From: a virus
DNA length: 64,000 nt
Reading direction: 5' to 3' (one strand)
IMG/VR virus record: IMGVR_UViG_3300033475_000008
Coordinates: 27,441-91,440 of that record
Positions within the stretch are counted from its first letter, which is position 1, and each line of letters opens with the position of its first letter. The notes beneath the pieces were generated by a model. It was given only the letters and a program-made list of their open reading frames with translations, did no database searches and was not told where the DNA came from. Position numbers and translations under genes: made by a program. This document shows positions 7,614-17,879 of the stretch, one piece after another.

Positions 7614-9653
7614 TCATGCTGTACGTTCTACCTTGCCACCGACCAACGAGATCGTGTTACTAGCTGAACCAGGGTTCCACGTGACAGCCATAGTCAACGC
7701 GTTTGCACCGGTAGTCGTTATCGTCGTCACTGTCGCCGGGACGGTGATGTAGGTGGCTGCCGTGTCCAACGAAGTAGACGTGTCGATGGAAAGGTTCATC
7801 GTAGTCCACGCGGTTGTCGTGGATCGGAAGTTCACGATGACCTCGTAGAAGAACGGTGAGTTTGTCAAGCTGTTAGGCAACGTGATCGCTGTTGGGATCG
7901 TCGTCAACACCGTACCAGCGACGCCACCCCACAGCATCGTGAAGTTCAACGTGGGGGTACCGTTGTTGGAAAAGATGCCGAATCCGGTCATCTCATAGAT
8001 GGTTCCAGCTGCCACGTCGTTAGCCGGGACCGTGAAAGACTGCAGTGATGTGAGAACGTTAGTGGTAGCGTTCGCGACAGTCACCGTAGTGATCTGTGAC
8101 TGAACCAGGCCACCGATCGTCTGCACGAGACCCTGGGGGTTGCGGGTGTTGACCACACCGGCACTCGCGTAGGCAAGTGCCCCACCGGTGGGGTTGGTAG
8201 TCGGTACCGTGGTCGCGTTGGCGATCTTCAACTCGCCCACACCGTTGTCACCGAGGTCAGTTCCAGACCCGACCAGTAGTGACTTGGTGAAACCATGTAC
8301 CCCAGGAGCGGCACGCAGTGACGTGTAGTCAGCGGTGGTGCCACCACTGTAGAGACCGTCACCCTTGGCGTTGAGGAGGTACCGGTGAAGAGTGTCACCA
8401 GTTACTCGCAGGCCGAGAGCATTGCTTGCCGTCGTGGCTTCTACGAGTACTACGTCAGCGTTCGTGTTACCGGAGACCGCCGTTGAATTGTTGATCCCGA
8501 AGGTACCCGCGGCAGTGCCACTGGTGAGGTTGACCTCGGTGGCGTTTGTCTGTTCACCACTGAACTGCGTACCATTGTCTGCTTGGCAGTCCATGACTCG
8601 GAACTCACCAGTGGAGGTACCGAAGGCGACGTGTGCCCCAGTAGGTGTGGCACCACCGGTGTAGGAACCACGGACAGACTCTGCGATCACGTAACTGTTA
8701 GCCAGTGGTGCGTTCAAGGTCACGCCGTTGGCGATACATGCCACCGCCGTCGAGTTGAAGATCAAAGTGTTCTTGATGGATCCAAACTGTGGACCGAACG
8801 TGAACACGTCCTGCGCCGTCGAGTATCCAGAGTAGAAGCCGCCTTGATAGGCGTGGAAGTTGTCAAAGTGAACATCACGGGCAGTCGTGTCCACGAACAC
8901 GGCTGAGCCACCGTTAACCAGTGACGTCTCGATCTTACCGGAGACAAAGTACAGTGAGTAGGGTTGACCGACGTTGCTGCCGAGTCCTCGTTCTACTCGA
9001 ATCGCGCCTGTCGTGAACTGCTCCCAGCGACAACCAAAGAAGTAGACGTTGTTCACGGTGCTAGAACTGTAGCCGAACCCACTCGTCGCTGCCGAGTTGC
9101 GCAACCAGAGGTTGGGTGCCGTGGTGTTCGCGGTCGTTGAACCAGAGGAATCCCACAGGCAGTTGTAGTAGCGTGAGTCCCAGAACTCAGCACAGTCTTG
9201 ACCGACGTCTAGTGAGTTCGTGAAATGGCAGTCGTGGAAGGCGAGGTTGTCCGCGTAGTAGGTTTGGAACAACGTACCAGTGAGGTTGTTGCCGTGTAAC
9301 TCGAGGCTCTCGAGGGTGCAGTATCGACAGTGCGTGACACCGGTGGTGTCTGTGGCGGGTCCGGACATGGAGATGATGGGACCGGCGGCGGTTCGCCTGA
9401 GGATGGCCGCGTTCTCTCCCGTGCCCATGAGTCGTACCCCGTAGTAGCCGGTGGAACCGTTGTTGAGCACAAGTGCCGCGGTCGTGCTACTGGTCGGTGT
9501 GACTTGGTAGGTACCCGCTGGAAAGAAAAGGATGCCACCACCGCTCGCGGCCACAGCCTGGATAGCCAGGTTGATGGCTGCCGTGTCGTCAGTGACCCCG
9601 TCACCTTGAGCGCCGTAGTCTTGTGGGGTAACTACACCGGCAAGGAAAGGCAT
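7614..9653 (-). CDS. Tailspike / receptor-binding protein with pectate-lyase-like beta-helix
   Basis: DYGAQGDGVTDDTAAI...FFPAGTY N-terminal motif. Confidence 0.8.
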   Translation of the reverse strand: MPFLAGVVTPQDYGAQGDGVTDDTAAINLAIQAVAASGGGILFFPAGTYQVTPTSSTTAALVLNNGSTGYYGVRLMGTGENAAILRRTAAGPIISMSGPATDTTGVTHCRYCTLESLELHGNNLTGTLFQTYYADNLAFHDCHFTNSLDVGQDCAEFWDSRYYNCLWDSSGSTTANTTAPNLWLRNSAATSGFGYSSSTVNNVYFFGCRWEQFTTGAIRVERGLGSNVGQPYSLYFVSGKIETSLVNGGSAVFVDTTARDVHFDNFHAYQGGFYSGYSTAQDVFTFGPQFGSIKNTLIFNSTAVACIANGVTLNAPLANSYVIAESVRGSYTGGATPTGAHVAFGTSTGEFRVMDCQADNGTQFSGEQTNATEVNLTSGTAAGTFGINNSTAVSGNTNADVVLVEATTASNALGLRVTGDTLHRYLLNAKGDGLYSGGTTADYTSLRAAPGVHGFTKSLLVGSGTDLGDNGVGELKIANATTVPTTNPTGGALAYASAGVVNTRNPQGLVQTIGGLVQSQITTVTVANATTNVLTSLQSFTVPANDVAAGTIYEMTGFGIFSNNGTPTLNFTMLWGGVAGTVLTTIPTAITLPNSLTNSPFFYEVIVNFRSTTTAWTTMNLSIDTSTSLDTAATYITVPATVTTITTTGANALTMAVTWNPGSASNTISLVGGKVERTA

Positions 9654-10411
9654 CAGGCTACTCCTGTCAGGTAGTTGTTCGTGTAAGTGAGGTCGCGGGT
9701 CGAGACCACGTCATTACCGCTCTGAGCTTGCGTGGTCTCAGTGATCGAGACGAGTTGGCTTGAGGCGTTGTAGGTGAACTGAGTGATCTTAGCGCCGCCG
9801 TCTTCGATGATGAACTGAACGGGAAGGATCGCGGCAGAGAAGTCAAAGACCTGGTACATGAACCCGTATCCCTGAGGGACCCACGTGGACCCGTCTGTGG
9901 AGGTCAACGCTCCTGAAGCCTGGTTAGATTGTTGCCACACGTAGTATGTACTGCTGTCACCGGCGGGTTGCACGACGATCCAGTACGTGGTGGAGGGTGT
10001 CAACCCGACGAGGATGAGCGGGATCAGGAGGAAGAAGCTACCTGAGTAGACATAGGTCTCCAGCAGTGAGACTGTGGCCAGTGGGTCACCGACAGGTTGT
10101 CCAGCGTTGGACTCGTAGATCGAGACCACCAGGGGAGCGATAGTAGGGGTGAGTGGTGAGCCGCTCACTACCGACATCTGCAAGGTGATGGTGCCGACCT
10201 GGGTCTGTGTGGACGTGGTCACGAGTTGCTGCGCGAGGTAGAGGTTTTCGGTTGACGTGTAGACGGCACTACCGATGATCTGACCCGATTGAAAGACCGT
10301 GTTGTCATAGAGGAAAGTGGCTGAGTGTGCGGCGAGGAACTGGTTGACCGCGCCAGCGTTGGCAGGTTGTCCAATGGTGGCACCCTGGATCACGGGAACC
10401 GTGGTCGCCAC
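9653..10411 (-). CDS. Minor tail protein
   Basis: GTG start right after the upstream stop; paralog of 6417-7157. Confidence 0.7.
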   Translation of the reverse strand: MATTVPVIQGATIGQPANAGAVNQFLAAHSATFLYDNTVFQSGQIIGSAVYTSTENLYLAQQLVTTSTQTQVGTITLQMSVVSGSPLTPTIAPLVVSIYESNAGQPVGDPLATVSLLETYVYSGSFFLLIPLILVGLTPSTTYWIVVQPAGDSSTYYVWQQSNQASGALTSTDGSTWVPQGYGFMYQVFDFSAAILPVQFIIEDGGAKITQFTYNASSQLVSITETTQAQSGNDVVSTRDLTYTNNYLTGVA

Positions 10412-10412
10412 G

Positions 10413-10943
10413 TCAGGGTCCAAACGCGAAGTTGACTTGCAGGACCAAGGTGTCTGCCGCGGGGACTGGGATAGTGGCCGGGAACACCCAGTGGTTGAGC
10501 AGGGACCCGGAGTTGGTGGCACTGGTGGCTTGAGCGAAGACCCCGGCTTCGTTCACAGACCACATGCTCACCGGGTTAGGGAAGTAGAAGAGCCACGTGG
10601 CGAGTGCCGAGACCGTGGGACTAGCCGGAGTGCTGCCGCCGGCACCGACGGTGACTCGACCGAGTTCAGCGCCGAGTTGCGTGTCTGCCTTAGTGGCCGG
10701 GGTGACACTAGACCCGACGGCCCCGTAGAGAGGAGTGAGGTAGGTGGGTGAGGTGACACCGAGGTTGGCTGCCTGGTCCTGGATACCTGACCAGACGAGT
10801 GACTGAGCGACCTGCGTGAACCCCGTAGTGCAGATCACGTTTTGCCCAGTATGGTGGTCATGAACCTCACCATCTGGTCCCAACACCCACAGTTCGAGGA
10901 AGCCGCGGAGGAGAACGCTCTCGGTGGTCTCAGCCCCAGACAC
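10413..10943 (-). CDS. Minor tail / baseplate protein
   Basis: NVICTTG...AVGS...DTQLGAELGR...EAGVF motif typical of tail-fibre attachment proteins. Confidence 0.7.
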   Translation of the reverse strand: MSGAETTESVLLRGFLELWVLGPDGEVHDHHTGQNVICTTGFTQVAQSLVWSGIQDQAANLGVTSPTYLTPLYGAVGSSVTPATKADTQLGAELGRVTVGAGGSTPASPTVSALATWLFYFPNPVSMWSVNEAGVFAQATSATNSGSLLNHWVFPATIPVPAADTLVLQVNFAFGP

Positions 10944-11169
10944 TGGACCCCCAGGTACTGAGACCGTTGGTAGTGGCCCACACTGGTGCCGGGGTGACCG
11001 GAACTGCGGTGACCGCGTCTGACGTGGTCATGGATGACTCATCGTCTTCCGCGACCACGCTGATCCCGGTGACAGAGCCGGTAACAGCTTGCTGGACCTG
11101 GTTGACCTGGTCGTTGATGGTCATGAGCACGTCAGTCAACGTGTAAGGACGAACGACACCAGTTGGCAT
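10930..11169 (-). CDS. Small tail protein
   Basis: Translationally coupled within the tail operon. Confidence 0.6.
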   Translation of the reverse strand: MPTGVVRPYTLTDVLMTINDQVNQVQQAVTGSVTGISVVAEDDESSMTTSDAVTAVPVTPAPVWATTNGLSTWGSSVWG

Positions 11170-12557
11170 CAGGCTCTCACCCCCGTGACACTCATGCTTC
11201 GATAGGGACTGTTGCTGGTGCTACCCCAGCTGATGGTGTTGCCAGTGCAGAGGAACGTGTCTGTGAGACCCCAACTGTAGCTGCTCTCACTGTCAGGGAC
11301 GAACTGGTTGTGATACGTAAAAGTGTACCCGGCTCGGACCCAACCGAGGAACTCTTCGGTGACCGTGAAGGTGGTGCGTTCTACGGCGTAGGCATACTCG
11401 GTGCGTTCTCGGAGAGCTCGGGCCAAAGCCATCTGCACGGTGATGAGAGAGGAGTCGTTGATGTATTCACTGTAGACTCCACGGTTAGGTCCCGTATAGG
11501 TGGCTTGGGAGTTGAGGTCTTGAGCCGTAGCGATGACCGGGACCTGGTAGTCATACCACAACTTGAGAGTAGTGCCGAGGTTGGGTGGGGTGAGCGCGAC
11601 CAGGAACCACTGACCAAACGCGTTTTGTTGGATGGCCCAGGGATCAGTGCTGGCTACACCGGTAGAGTTGAACGTGACCGCGGTGTTGCGTCCGTTCAAT
11701 GTGAGCGTGCAGTCACCCGTGGCGGTGTATCGAAGTGGCCACGCGGTCTGCGTGCCATCTGCTCGCCACACGTCAGTGGGGTTACCCGTGATAGGTTGGT
11801 AGATGGTCTGATTAGCACCCTGAATGATGATCTTATTGTGGATGGTGGTGCCGTCCCACTCGTACTGGAAGTTACTGTCCAGCGCGATGTGACCCTGCGT
11901 AGTGGAACCGGCGACGGTGGGTGTAGTGGTGAAAGTTACGTTGGAGTTGATAGCCGTGGACGCGTCGTAGAAATGCAACTCCAAGTTCTCATCCACGTAC
12001 CACCCGTATGGGGTACTGCTGCCTGAGAGCTGAGCCAGTGATCGCCAGGCACTGGACAGGGTGCCCCAACTGAACTGTGCCTGAGTGAGGCGTGGAGCAG
12101 AGGCGACGAACCCACCGTTGATGATCTGCTTGGCGGTGATACCGCAGTTGGCTTGCTCAGTGAGGAGGACGACCATCTCGTCAGCACCGAGGTCGTTGAA
12201 GAGTCCCTGCACGTCAGCGTTGTCCGCGTAGAACGTGTAGTCAGTGCAGTTGAGAGTCCACTCGTTGCGGTTGGGTCCCGTGGGGAGGAGGATGGGGTCG
12301 TTGACGACTCCCGCGAAGAGCGTGGTGCTGATGCTGTTGTCGATGAGAGCGATCTGCGAGAGCACCGGGATGTAGAAATGTGGACTAGTACTGTACTCGT
12401 CGACCAGTGAGAACGTGGCCGTGTCACCCTGGCGGCCAAAGTTCTGCGTGATGGTGATGTTTTGGTTGTTGCCGTACCAGGCGAGGTAGTGCGCGTAGTT
12501 CGTGGTGGATCCACCGGGTGGGGTGATGTTGAGAGTAAGGTTGGGGGTGGCGACCAC
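11169..12557 (-). CDS. Tail hub / minor tail protein
   Basis: First gene after the tape measure; WYVDENLELHFY motif. Confidence 0.7.
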   Translation of the reverse strand: MVATPNLTLNITPPGGSTTNYAHYLAWYGNNQNITITQNFGRQGDTATFSLVDEYSTSPHFYIPVLSQIALIDNSISTTLFAGVVNDPILLPTGPNRNEWTLNCTDYTFYADNADVQGLFNDLGADEMVVLLTEQANCGITAKQIINGGFVASAPRLTQAQFSWGTLSSAWRSLAQLSGSSTPYGWYVDENLELHFYDASTAINSNVTFTTTPTVAGSTTQGHIALDSNFQYEWDGTTIHNKIIIQGANQTIYQPITGNPTDVWRADGTQTAWPLRYTATGDCTLTLNGRNTAVTFNSTGVASTDPWAIQQNAFGQWFLVALTPPNLGTTLKLWYDYQVPVIATAQDLNSQATYTGPNRGVYSEYINDSSLITVQMALARALRERTEYAYAVERTTFTVTEEFLGWVRAGYTFTYHNQFVPDSESSYSWGLTDTFLCTGNTISWGSTSNSPYRSMSVTGVRA

Positions 12558-15016
12558 TACATCTTCACCCGCAACCCACCAGAGGGGAATGTGACCGTGG
12601 CGGTGCGCTTGCCGATCTTCTGTACCAACATGTCGATGTCCTTGTCGGACATGTAGGTGCCGCCGCGGAAGTCGAAGATGGTGTCTCCACCAGCTGCTGA
12701 GCCAGCGCTGGCGGCACCGACCGCGAGTGAGGACCCGACACCCTGGAGACCGACGAGACTGGAGGTGACGGTGTGTCGACCTAGTACGTTGGCAGCGGCT
12801 TGGATGGCTCCGACGTTGTCGAGCATGCCCTTGGCGATACCGGCTGGGATGAACTTACCGACCTCGTCTGCCATGACCTGGGAGGGAGAGAAGATGGAGA
12901 GTACGTCCTTGAACGCGCCGACGATGGTGTTGCCAAGGCCACCGATGTTGCTGAGCAGGCCACCGACCGCGTCCTGGATGCCCTTCCAGAGGCCGTTGAT
13001 GATGTCCTTGCCGATGTTGAGCAACCAGGTGTTGGCCTTGATGAAGATGTTGAGGATCTTTCCCGGGACGCCCTTGATCCAGTTGATGGCGTCGTCCCAG
13101 GCCTCTGACACGTAGTGAGTGATCTGTGACCAGTACTTGTAGACCAACGCCGGGATGAGAAGGATGCCGCCCGAGAGGATGCCCAGGATGAGAGGGTACC
13201 ACCCTCGGATGATGTTCTCGACGTCCTTGACGGCGTCATCAAAGATCTTCGTGATGTCGTTCCAGAGACCCTTGAAGAACTTCTCAATGTCACCCCACAC
13301 GTCACGAGCCGTGTTGTTGATCCAGTGCCACGCGTCGAAGAAGTACTGCTTGATCTGGTCCCAGTGTGTGTAGATCAAGATGGCCAGGGCGACGATGGCG
13401 ATGGCGATGGCGATGAACGGGTTGGTGGCCATGATCAGGGTGAGGACCCTGAAGGCGGTGCCGATACCTTGGATGATGGTGATGACCTGCTTGACTGCCA
13501 TGAACGCGAGGATGGCACCGAGGATGTAGGGCAGAATCGGCTTGAGCTTGTCCAGGGGGCCGATGATCCAGTCCACGATGGCCGTGAAGATCTTGGCCGC
13601 GATCACGACGATCGGGGTGAGGGCTCTCACGATGGCTGTGAGAGGGCCGATCAGCGCGACCACACCTGGCAACAACCCGATAAACGCTTGGACCAAGGTA
13701 GGCAGGATCGGCAGCAGCGCGTTGAAGACTTGCACGAGAGCGCCGAGGATGGTGCTGGCGAGCAGCCCCAATGGCGGGATAAGCGGGATCAACGCGGTGG
13801 CCAACTCAGCGAACGCCGTGTTGAGAGAGTTGGCGACCACGTTGGCCACCTGAGCCACGAGCTTGAGGATGGGACCCAGTGCCGTCGCGATGGCAGAGAA
13901 GAGCGGTGAGAGCGCCTCAAGTGTCGTGTCAAAGTTGCTGAACGCGAGGACGATGCTCAACAGGGGGGTGATGAGCGGTGCCGCGGCCGTGAGGACCTTT
14001 CCGAAGGTCTCTGCCAGGGTGACGATGGTGCCAGCCAGGGGGCCGATGATGGGGGTGATGGCCTGCAGTACCGGCATGAGAGCGTTCCCGAAGGTCACGA
14101 TCATCTTGCCGACCGCGGGGACCAGGGTCCCGAGGATCACGTTGCTCAACGGTGCCAGGGCTGAGAGTAGCTTGCCGATGACCGGTAGGATCATGCCTAC
14201 CGTGTTGAACAAGGCGTTGAGTCCCTGGGCTGCCTGAGCGATGTTGAGGTTGGTGAAGAGACCAGCGAGTCCCTTGGCCAGGGTGACCAACCCGTTGCCC
14301 AGTGCGATGACCACGGGTAGCAAGCTCGGCATCATCTGAGACAGTGGTCTCACGAGTTGGTCTACGACGCCACCCAACGCGCCACCCAGGATGCCGACCA
14401 TGGGTGCCATGGCTTGACCGACGAGCGTGAGCTCAGGTGCCAGACTCTTGACGACGTTGAGGATCTCCGTAAACGCGCCCTTGGCTGCCTGGTCCACGGG
14501 GGCGAAGGCAGCGTTGAGTTCTTTCATCACCGGAAGGAGCTGCTTTTGCGTCGCGGTCAGTTGCTGCCCGCTGGCCTGGGCCTCCTTCAGTGACTTACTG
14601 AGAGCGGCGGCACCGATGGCCATGCCACCGAAGATGGCGAGTGGTCCCAGCGCGAGGAGACCAGCGAGAGGGCCAGAGAGGGCACCGGCAGCCAAGGCGA
14701 TGAGTCGGATCTTACCCGCGAGTTCACTGGCCTTCTCGCCAGTGCTGCTCATGGACTTGCCGTTGCTCTCGAGGTGCTTGCTGTTGTCGTCGAGGTTCCG
14801 ACCAAGAGTCTTGGTGGCCTCTGAGAGAGCCTCTGACTCAGCCGCGGTCTTCGCGAAGGACTCGTCGATCTTGTCACTGGCTGCGCTGATCTGAACCGAG
14901 GCCTTCTCCATCTCGGCCGACAGTTCTCTGATCTTTGACTCAAAGAGATCCAGAGACGCACTGGCGTTGTCTCTGGCTTCCATGACGATGAGAAGGGTGC
15001 TCTGCTCAGCAGACAT
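12557..15016 (-). CDS. Tape measure protein
   Basis: Long Ala/Leu helical protein with Trp-spaced repeats, the IFSPS motif, and the expected position. Confidence 0.9.
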   Translation of the reverse strand: MSAEQSTLLIVMEARDNASASLDLFESKIRELSAEMEKASVQISAASDKIDESFAKTAAESEALSEATKTLGRNLDDNSKHLESNGKSMSSTGEKASELAGKIRLIALAAGALSGPLAGLLALGPLAIFGGMAIGAAALSKSLKEAQASGQQLTATQKQLLPVMKELNAAFAPVDQAAKGAFTEILNVVKSLAPELTLVGQAMAPMVGILGGALGGVVDQLVRPLSQMMPSLLPVVIALGNGLVTLAKGLAGLFTNLNIAQAAQGLNALFNTVGMILPVIGKLLSALAPLSNVILGTLVPAVGKMIVTFGNALMPVLQAITPIIGPLAGTIVTLAETFGKVLTAAAPLITPLLSIVLAFSNFDTTLEALSPLFSAIATALGPILKLVAQVANVVANSLNTAFAELATALIPLIPPLGLLASTILGALVQVFNALLPILPTLVQAFIGLLPGVVALIGPLTAIVRALTPIVVIAAKIFTAIVDWIIGPLDKLKPILPYILGAILAFMAVKQVITIIQGIGTAFRVLTLIMATNPFIAIAIAIVALAILIYTHWDQIKQYFFDAWHWINNTARDVWGDIEKFFKGLWNDITKIFDDAVKDVENIIRGWYPLILGILSGGILLIPALVYKYWSQITHYVSEAWDDAINWIKGVPGKILNIFIKANTWLLNIGKDIINGLWKGIQDAVGGLLSNIGGLGNTIVGAFKDVLSIFSPSQVMADEVGKFIPAGIAKGMLDNVGAIQAAANVLGRHTVTSSLVGLQGVGSSLAVGAASAGSAAGGDTIFDFRGGTYMSDKDIDMLVQKIGKRTATVTFPSGGLRVKM

Positions 15017-15027
15017 GGCTCACCTCC

Positions 15028-15243
15028 TCAAGACTGTGACTTCTTGCGATCCAGTTCTTCCTTGCGCAGAAGCAACTCGATGTAAGTCGCGTACTCCTGA
15101 ACCTGCTTCCACGGCATCTCGTCCAGATCGCGAGCGCGCAGTCCGAGTCGCTCCCAGAACTGCATCTCCATGGCCATCTGACCCAGGCTGGGTGGGCCCT
15201 CACCCTTGAAGAAGATGGCTCCGTTAGCCTTGGTCAGTAGAGC
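15028..15243 (-). CDS. Tail assembly chaperone extension (gpT-like), probably read by frameshift
   Basis: FWERLGL...DLDEMPWKQV in the +1 frame, overlapping the chaperone stop. Confidence 0.55.
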   Translation of the reverse strand, partial: ALLTKANGAIFFKGEGPPSLGQMAMEMQFWERLGLRARDLDEMPWKQVQEYATYIELLLRKEELDRKKSQS

Positions 15244-15616
15244 TTTTCTGGGCGGCTGCCGTAGGTGGAGAGTTGAGAGCGTCCACTCGCTCGTAGATGA
15301 GCTTGAAGTCCGCGCCTGAGAGCAGTCCCACGTTGTCCAAGGTGACGGGGATGACCTGGCCACGTTCGTCGTCCAGGTTCCATGACGAGATGGAACCGAG
15401 GACCATGAGGTCCCGATACCCGGCCACGTCAGGGGCCATGGACACGTTCATGCCGTCACTGGCTGCCTGGTCCTGCTGGACCACGGCCTGGGAGAGAGCC
15501 GCCTCAGCCTTCTTGAGAGCCTTGCGTGGGAGACAGGTGAGGATCTCCACCCAGTAGTCTGAGTTGGTGAGAACGATCTTCTCGGTCTCGGCGTAGCTGT
15601 TAGCGTAACCCGGCAT
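15224..15616 (-). CDS. Tail assembly chaperone (gpG-like)
   Basis: Lies between tail tube and tape measure; ISSWNLDDE motif. Confidence 0.8.
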   Translation of the reverse strand: MPGYANSYAETEKIVLTNSDYWVEILTCLPRKALKKAEAALSQAVVQQDQAASDGMNVSMAPDVAGYRDLMVLGSISSWNLDDERGQVIPVTLDNVGLLSGADFKLIYERVDALNSPPTAAAQKSSTDQG

Positions 15617-15637
15617 CAGCGGCTCCTCAGTAGTGGA

Positions 15638-16609
15638 TCAGTAGGCGGTGGAGATGGCGTTGAGCAGCACGGCTTGCACGGTGTAGCCACTGCTCAGGGA
15701 CTTGGTAGCCTCAAAGGTGAGGTTGGACATGATGACGTCAGTCATCTTCACGTCCTCGGTCATCTTGGAGAGAACGACCTGGGGACACGTGATGGTGAGA
15801 CTGGCACCAGTGGCGCCCGGGTGAGTGAGTGAGATAGACAAGGCACCCAGGGTCCCGTTGACCAGGTTCGTGAAGTCACCATAGGTAGAGTCGTTCAAGC
15901 TGGACCAGGTGAGGGTGATACTGCCGGACACGTGCAGGGTGACCGGGGTGATGAAGGAGGGCCCGTGGTTGCCACTGAACGTGTAGGTGGACTTGAGACC
16001 GTTGTCGATGGTGATCGACGCAGACGTGACCTCTGCTCGAGCGTGCGTGAAGAGCGTGAGGCTTCCCTCTGCGAACACGAACGGTGACTCGTTGACAACG
16101 GTGACCGCGGTAGGCGAGGTGAGGATGGCCGCGGACTGGCCGGTGGCGTCATACGAGACGTTGGCTGCCTCGTTGGTAGCCGGCACGTTGAGGGTCATCT
16201 TGCCGACGCGACACCCGGCAAACTGGATGGACTGGTAGTTGCCGAGGTTCTTCTCGATGGTGAAGCTGGGAAGCGTGTTTGCCTGACTGATGGTGTGCGT
16301 CCAGGGGTTGGCAGACCCCGTGACCACGTCAGTGCCGATGGAGCCGGCCAGGAGAGTGGCCGCGTTGCTGGGGAAGAACGGTCCAGCGACGGCACCGGTG
16401 TAGACGGCCTGACCGTAGAGGTTGAACACGTGAAGGTCACGCGTGGCCATCATGAGCTCAGGTGAGAACCAACCCGGGTCCACCTCCATGGTGTTGCTGA
16501 GCATGGGGAGGAACGTGGTGGCCGTGACGGGTGTGCCAAAGGTGACTTCCTTGGCGATGCCGGTGGCGCTGAGGGAGCCGTCACGCTCCGTGATCGTGGG
16601 GTATGCCAT
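15638..16609 (-). CDS. Major tail tube protein
   Basis: GIAKEVTFGT, PSFTIEK and FAGCRV motifs; position. Confidence 0.85.
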   Translation of the reverse strand: MAYPTITERDGSLSATGIAKEVTFGTPVTATTFLPMLSNTMEVDPGWFSPELMMATRDLHVFNLYGQAVYTGAVAGPFFPSNAATLLAGSIGTDVVTGSANPWTHTISQANTLPSFTIEKNLGNYQSIQFAGCRVGKMTLNVPATNEAANVSYDATGQSAAILTSPTAVTVVNESPFVFAEGSLTLFTHARAEVTSASITIDNGLKSTYTFSGNHGPSFITPVTLHVSGSITLTWSSLNDSTYGDFTNLVNGTLGALSISLTHPGATGASLTITCPQVVLSKMTEDVKMTDVIMSNLTFEATKSLSSGYTVQAVLLNAISTAY

Positions 16610-16633
16610 ATGCTCCTGTCAAGCGTCGACGGC

Positions 16634-16918
16634 TCAGGCCGTGACCGGTGGCTCAGGGTCAGCAGCGGGTACGTCAGCGTCAGCTGGTGTCGGGTCTTGT
16701 GAGACCGAGTCTGTCAGTGCCTCATCCGTTGACTCGGGTGTCTCGTCTTTTGACTCTGGTGCCGGGTCTACCTGCTCGATGTCACTTCGACGAGTGTAGC
16801 GTTCTGCCTCACTCGCTGGAACTTGGAACGTGCCTTGCGGTTCCACGGTCTGGGAGATCTCTTGGAAGGTAGTCTCGATCTCACCCAGGTAACGCAGAGT
16901 GTACATCGCCTGTGTCAT
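16634..16918 (-). CDS. Small acidic virion-module protein
   Basis: Coupled gene between neck and tube genes. Confidence 0.6.
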   Translation of the reverse strand: MTQAMYTLRYLGEIETTFQEISQTVEPQGTFQVPASEAERYTRRSDIEQVDPAPESKDETPESTDEALTDSVSQDPTPADADVPAADPEPPVTA

Positions 16919-17367
16919 GCGTGGTCCTCACCGTTCAGTGCCGCTTGGATCTTGTTGGCGAGGTTGGTGATGACCTCGTCCTTGACCTCGTCGAGCACGC
17001 GACGAGGGAAGTCATTGGCCTTGGTACCCGGGTGGTGCACGACCTTCGCGAAGTGAACCCCGCCGGCTCCCACCCACCGCAGTGATCGAGCCGCGACTGG
17101 CCTGATCTCGTGTGGCTTGGTCCCCTTGATAACGAAGGGAGCGTAGAGACGATGCGCGCTCCACTCCAGTCGGGTGGTGAGTCCCGCGGAGGTACGGCTG
17201 TATCGCTCTGAGGCTTGCAGAGCACCGGTTCTGACGGGAGTGGCTTCCTTAAGCTCATCTCGTACCGTATGACCGGTCTCGTCACCCCACTCAGTCACGA
17301 CTTTCTTCAACTTGAAGGCTAGTTCCTCAGGGCGGCCCTGCCAGCTGGAGTGAATGTGAACGCTCAT
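16915..17367 (-). CDS. HK97 gp10-like neck / tail-completion protein
   Basis: TPVRTGAL...YAPFVIKGTKPH...VHHPGTKANDF. Confidence 0.8.
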   Translation of the reverse strand: MSVHIHSSWQGRPEELAFKLKKVVTEWGDETGHTVRDELKEATPVRTGALQASERYSRTSAGLTTRLEWSAHRLYAPFVIKGTKPHEIRPVAARSLRWVGAGGVHFAKVVHHPGTKANDFPRRVLDEVKDEVITNLANKIQAALNGEDHA

Positions 17368-17879
17368 CCCTGCACCACTTCCAAGACCTCGACGCTGATG
17401 GACGCGCTGTACCAGTACATGCGCATCGTGGCCGGGGTGCGCTCCGGTGGATAGTCCAGGGTCCAACGTTCACCGACTCGTTGGATCTGAGTGAGTCCCT
17501 GTCGACTGGTGACTGGGGCTGACACGTCCTGTGGGATCCCATCGTTGTCGATGAACACCGGCATGGTGGTAGTGCGCAGAACCCGCATGATCGTGTCGAG
17601 GATGTCTGGGAACTCGTCGTCGATGGTCGGGTTCTCGTTCTCGTTGGTGAGATACACGACCCAGATGTCGATCATCCACGGCCAGTTCTGGAAGCCAGCA
17701 CCACGCGGCATGGTCTGCCGGGTAACGTTGAGGTGGCTGCCCCAGACGTAGGCGATGGGACCGTCTACGCTTTCCAGAGCCGGTGGGGTGATGTGCACTT
17801 CCAGGGGCAGAAGCTGCCCCGGGACAGCGATCCCATCGAGAAGGTTTTTCACGTACTTCTGTACGCTCTTGAGCGGCAT
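17364..17879 (-). CDS. Putative tail terminator / neck protein
   Basis: Position and size. Confidence 0.55.
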   Translation of the reverse strand: MPLKSVQKYVKNLLDGIAVPGQLLPLEVHITPPALESVDGPIAYVWGSHLNVTRQTMPRGAGFQNWPWMIDIWVVYLTNENENPTIDDEFPDILDTIMRVLRTTTMPVFIDNDGIPQDVSAPVTSRQGLTQIQRVGERWTLDYPPERTPATMRMYWYSASISVEVLEVVQG

